DNA of 64,000 bases from Acidimicrobiales bacterium (lineage in GTDB: Bacteria; Actinomycetota; Acidimicrobiia; Acidimicrobiales; CAIXPF01), in NCBI GenBank assembly GCA_038255145.1, contig JBBSLP010000017.1, forward strand, positions 17,153-81,152, in the 5' to 3' direction. The position numbers were made by a program, and so were the translations under genes. The notes beneath the pieces were generated by a model. The model saw nothing but the letters and a program-made list of their open reading frames with translations. It was not told where the DNA came from and did no database searches. Below, piece by piece: positions 60,562 to 64,000 of the stretch (the first letter of the stretch is position 1; every line of letters starts with the position of its first letter).

Positions 60562-60594
60562 CGGTCGGGGCGGTCAGGGCGGTCGGGGCGGTCA
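60562..60594. repeat. 9-bp tandem repeat (cggtcrggg, about 3.6 copies)
   Basis: cggtcgggg cggtcaggg cggtcgggg cggtca in the cysH-cysD spacer. Confidence 0.75.
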
Positions 60595-61329
60595 CAGGTG
60601 CAGGCCGCACTCGGTCTTCTCCGAGCCCGACCAGCGGCCGGCCCGCGGGTCCTCGCCAGGGGCAACGGCCCGGGTGCAGGGCCAGCAACCCACCGAGGGG
60701 TAACCCCGGGCCACCAGGGGGTTGACGGGCACGTCGTGCTCGGCGATGTAGGCCGCGACCCGCTCGTCCGTCCACGTGGCGATGGGGTTGACCTTGACCA
60801 GGCCCCGCTTGTCCCGCTCGACGATGGCGGCCTCGCCCCGGGTGGGGGCATCGACCCGGCGCAACCCGGACAGCCACGCCGACCGCCCGGCCAGCTGCTG
60901 CTCGAGGGGGGCCACCTTGCGCTGGGCGCAGCAGGCGTCGGTGTCGGTCCGCCACAGGTCATGCGTGGGGGCCTCGGCCGACAGGACCACCAGGTTGGGG
61001 TGGTAGCGGCGGCGCACGGTCCGCACCGTGGCCAGGGTCTCGGGGAAGTGGTAGCCGGTGTCGAGGAAGACGATCTCGATGTCGGGGGCGACCCTGGTGG
61101 CCACGTCGATGAGCACGGCATCGGTCATGGACGCCGTCAGGCACAGCTGGCGGCCGAAGCGCTCGACGGCCCAGGCCACGATGGCCTCGGCCGGTTCGTG
61201 CTCGAGCCGGGCGGCGACCTCGGCCAGCTCGTCATCCGTGGGGGCCAGGGGGGAGAGGGGGGAGAGGGGGGAGAGGGGGGAGACAGGGCGGGGGGAGAGC
61301 GCGTCGGCGGGGCGCAGGTCGGTGGTCAC
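60592..61329 (-). CDS. cysH: APS/PAPS reductase (Fe-S, APS-reductase type)
   Basis: FLDTGYHFPET, CC..RKV.PL, SVGCWPCT, RAGRW, KTECGLH. Confidence 0.93.
   Translation of the reverse strand: MTTDLRPADALSPRPVSPLSPLSPLSPLAPTDDELAEVAARLEHEPAEAIVAWAVERFGRQLCLTASMTDAVLIDVATRVAPDIEIVFLDTGYHFPETLATVRTVRRRYHPNLVVLSAEAPTHDLWRTDTDACCAQRKVAPLEQQLAGRSAWLSGLRRVDAPTRGEAAIVERDKRGLVKVNPIATWTDERVAAYIAEHDVPVNPLVARGYPSVGCWPCTRAVAPGEDPRAGRWSGSEKTECGLHL
61247..61282. repeat. 9-bp tandem repeat aggggggag x4 within the cysH N-terminus
   Basis: Encodes (SPL)x4 on the minus strand. Confidence 0.85.
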
Positions 61330-61865
61330 GACGCCACCGCCTGCCACAGCACCTCGACGGCGTCGACCAGGGCCAGCTCGTGGGTGGCCACGACGACCTC
61401 GGGGGCGAGCGGGGCCTCGTAGGGATCGTCGACCCCGGTCAGGCCGGTGATCTCGCCGGCCCGCTGGCGGGCGTACAGGCCCTTGACGTCGCGCTCGGCG
61501 CACACCTCGACGGGGGTGGACACCCACACCTCGACGAAGCGGCCGTCGTGGCGGGCCCTGACCTCGTCACGGGCCTCCCGGAAGGGGGAGATGACGGCGC
61601 ACACGGCGGTGACGCCGTTGCGGGAGAGCAGGTCGGCCACCACCCCGATGCGGCGCACGTTCTCCATGCGGTCCTCCCGGCTGAAGCCGAGCTCACGGCC
61701 GAGCAGGGCCCGCAGTTCGTCACCGTCGAGCAGCTCGGCCGGGCGGCCCTCGGCCCGCAGTCGCTCGACCAACGCTCTGGCCAGGGTCGTCTTGCCGGCG
61801 GAGGGCAGCCCGGTGAGCCAGACCGTGCTCGCCGTGCGCTGCGGAGAGAGCGTGTTGCTTGGCAT
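61326..61865 (-). CDS. cysC: Adenylyl-sulfate kinase
   Basis: WLTGLPSAGKTT, LDGD.LR, LGFSREDR.EN.RRI, RDVKGLY, TGVDDPYE.P. Confidence 0.95.
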   Translation of the reverse strand: MPSNTLSPQRTASTVWLTGLPSAGKTTLARALVERLRAEGRPAELLDGDELRALLGRELGFSREDRMENVRRIGVVADLLSRNGVTAVCAVISPFREARDEVRARHDGRFVEVWVSTPVEVCAERDVKGLYARQRAGEITGLTGVDDPYEAPLAPEVVVATHELALVDAVEVLWQAVAS

Positions 61866-61895
61866 CGAGGGGCCAGGCTAGTAATTTCCGACTAC

Positions 61896-61914
61896 TCCCA
61901 TCAACTTTATCGGA
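61896..61914. promoter_or_regulatory. AT-rich imperfect palindrome in the divergent cysC/sir promoter, possibly an Rrf2/CymR-type operator
   Basis: tcccatcaactttatcgga matches its own reverse complement at 14 of 19 positions, within an unusually AT-rich patch. Confidence 0.5.
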
Positions 61915-62082
61915 TTCGTCAGGTATAGAACGGGATGCGCCGCCTCCGGACCCTCGGGACAGGCACGGAGGTGCCGGCTCCCGGCCCGGGCTCCACCCCT
62001 CCCCTGGCGTAGCCTCGGGACCGGTGGGTCCCTCGCCATCGTCGTCGCAGCACCACAGAGATCTTCCAGGACGGGAACGGGC

Positions 62083-63915
62083 ATGACCGACAACGGCACC
62101 ACCGACAGCACGGCAGCGGCCGAGGGACCAGTGCACGGAGAAGACGTCGTCGCGCGGTCCGCCGTGGAGGACATCAAGGACGCCAGCCGCTTCCTGCGGG
62201 GCACGCTCGGCGAGGAGATGGCCGATGCCAACGCCTTCTTCTCCAAGGACAGCACCAACCTGCTGAAGTTCCACGGGATCTACCAGCAGGACGACCGCGA
62301 CCAGCGCCGGGCCCGGGCCCAGAAGCGCCAGGAGCTGGCCTACAGCTGCATGGTGCGCACCTCGGTGCCCGGCGGCGTGCTCACCACCGAGCAGTACCTG
62401 GCTGCGGACGCCCTGGCCGACCGCATCGGCGACGGGGCCCTGCGCATCACCACCCGCCAGGGCCTGCAATACCACTTCGTGGCCAAGCACGACCTGCGTA
62501 CGCTCATCACCGAGCTGAACGACCACCTGGTGACCACCCGGGGGGCCTGCGGCGACGTGGTGCGCAACGTGTGCTCGTGCCCCGCCCCCCTCCACGACCG
62601 CGACCAGGCCGCGCTGCTGGCCGCCACCCAGGCCCTGGCCGACCGCTTCCGCCCCCAGACCGGGGCCTACTGGGAGCTGTTCGTCGAGGGGAAGAAGGCC
62701 GTCGAGGCCCTGGAGAAGATCGAGGCCCTGGCCGGAGACGCCGGTGAGACCGGTGAGACCGGTGAATCAGAGCCGATCTACGGAGCCACCTTCCTGCCCC
62801 GCAAGTTCAAGATCGGCTTGGCCTGGCCGGGGGACAACTGCATCGACGTCTACACCAACGACGTCGGCGTCGTGCCCCAGGCCGTCGACGGCGTGGCTGG
62901 CTACACCCTGCTGGTCGGCGGGGGGCTGGGCCTCAGCCACGACCGCGAGGACGACACCTACCCCCGCCTGGCCAGCCCCCTGTTCTGGGTCCCCGAGGCC
63001 CGCCTGGGCGAGGTCGTCGAAGCCGTCGTCACCGCCCAGCGGGACTTCGGTGACCGGTCGGATCGGGCCCGGGCCCGGCTGAAGTACACCATCGACGTGC
63101 GGGGCCTGGACTGGTTCCGTGACGAGGTGCGTCGCCGGGTCAGCGACCCCGACGACCTGACCGATCCGCCCCCCGTGCCCTCGTGGGCCGACTCCGACGA
63201 GCACCTGGGCTGGTTCGAGCAGCCCGACGGGCGCTGGTTCCTGGGGGTGCACGTGGACTCGGGCCGCATCCGCGACGAGGGCGACGCCAAGCTGCGCACC
63301 GCCCTGCGCGAGGCGGCCGCCTACACCGACGAGGTGCGCCTCACCGCCCGCCAGGACGTGTTGCTGTGCGGCGTGACCGAGACCGACCGGGCCGCGGTGG
63401 AGGACGCGTTGGTGCGCAACGGCGTGGTCCTGCACACCGAGCTGCGACCCCTGCACCGCCTGGCCGTCGCCTGTCCCGCCCTGCCCACCTGTGGCCAGGC
63501 CCTGGGCGAGGCCGAGCGGGCCATGCCCGGCCTGGTCGAGGGTCTGGGCAAGGCGCTCGAGGACCGGGGCCTGGGCCAGCTGCCCGTGCGGGTCAACGTC
63601 ACCGGCTGCCCGAACGGCTGCGCCCGGCCCTACTCGGCCGAGGTGGGCATCGTGGGACGCACCAAGACCACCTACGACCTCTACGTGGGTGGCGCCGTGG
63701 CTGGTGACCGGTTGGCCGAGCGGGTGGCCAAGGACGTCCACCTCGACGACCTGCCCGGCGCCCTGGGCCCGCTGTTCGACGCCTACAAGAGCGACGGTGC
63801 CGAGGGCGAGGCCTTCGGCGACTTCTGCGCCCGGGTGGGGACCGAGGTGCTGATCCCCCTGGTGCCCGCGTCGACCCGCAGGGTGCGCCGGGGGGCGGCC
63901 AAGAAGGACGCCTGA
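62083..63915 (+). CDS. sir: Assimilatory sulfite reductase hemoprotein (Sir/CysI)
   Basis: LKFHGIYQQDDRD, RITTRQ, ACGDVVRN, LPRKFK, siroheme/Fe-S ligands CPALPTC and TGCPNGCARP. Confidence 0.93.
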   Translation: MTDNGTTDSTAAAEGPVHGEDVVARSAVEDIKDASRFLRGTLGEEMADANAFFSKDSTNLLKFHGIYQQDDRDQRRARAQKRQELAYSCMVRTSVPGGVLTTEQYLAADALADRIGDGALRITTRQGLQYHFVAKHDLRTLITELNDHLVTTRGACGDVVRNVCSCPAPLHDRDQAALLAATQALADRFRPQTGAYWELFVEGKKAVEALEKIEALAGDAGETGETGESEPIYGATFLPRKFKIGLAWPGDNCIDVYTNDVGVVPQAVDGVAGYTLLVGGGLGLSHDREDDTYPRLASPLFWVPEARLGEVVEAVVTAQRDFGDRSDRARARLKYTIDVRGLDWFRDEVRRRVSDPDDLTDPPPVPSWADSDEHLGWFEQPDGRWFLGVHVDSGRIRDEGDAKLRTALREAAAYTDEVRLTARQDVLLCGVTETDRAAVEDALVRNGVVLHTELRPLHRLAVACPALPTCGQALGEAERAMPGLVEGLGKALEDRGLGQLPVRVNVTGCPNGCARPYSAEVGIVGRTKTTYDLYVGGAVAGDRLAERVAKDVHLDDLPGALGPLFDAYKSDGAEGEAFGDFCARVGTEVLIPLVPASTRRVRRGAAKKDA

Positions 63916-63916
63916 G

Positions 63917-64000
63917 TTGGGTGCGCCCGATGCGCCCACCGATGGCGCCCCGCTCGTGCCCGTGGCCCTGGTGGGTGCGGGCCCGGGCGACCCCGACCTG
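63917..64000 (+). CDS. cobA: Uroporphyrinogen-III C-methyltransferase (CobA/CysG-type), 3' partial
   Basis: VALVGAGPGDPDL at the window end, directly after sir; TTG start inferred. Confidence 0.75.
   Translation, partial: MGAPDAPTDGAPLVPVALVGAGPGDPDL

Overview
Very GC-rich chromosomal window whose gene content points to an actinobacterium, probably Acidimicrobiia (inference from F420-type LLM enzymes, AceE, an MhuD-like protein, actinobacterial-type FlgN/FliA and 'RxxDTR' surface repeats). About 55 CDSs: a gluABCD-type amino-acid ABC transporter, several acyl-CoA/lipid catabolic genes, aceE, a MoxR-DUF58-transglutaminase-like locus facing a large PKD-repeat protein, an isobutyryl-CoA-mutase-like subunit, an isolated flgN-fliA pair with sigma28-like promoters, an R2lox-like di-metal oxidase coupled to an SCP2-like protein, malate synthase, a lone gltD, and a sulfate-assimilation cluster (cysC-cysH-cysD-cysN divergent from sir-cobA). 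The most striking feature is that the cys operon runs directly into a KDDH-type RuBisCO-like protein and a cupin, the pair known from the Rhodospirillum rubrum MTA-isoprenoid shunt. No rRNA, tRNA, CRISPR array, transposase or integrase was recognised. Two apparent frameshifts may be assembly errors. All product calls come from motif recognition by eye, with no database searches.
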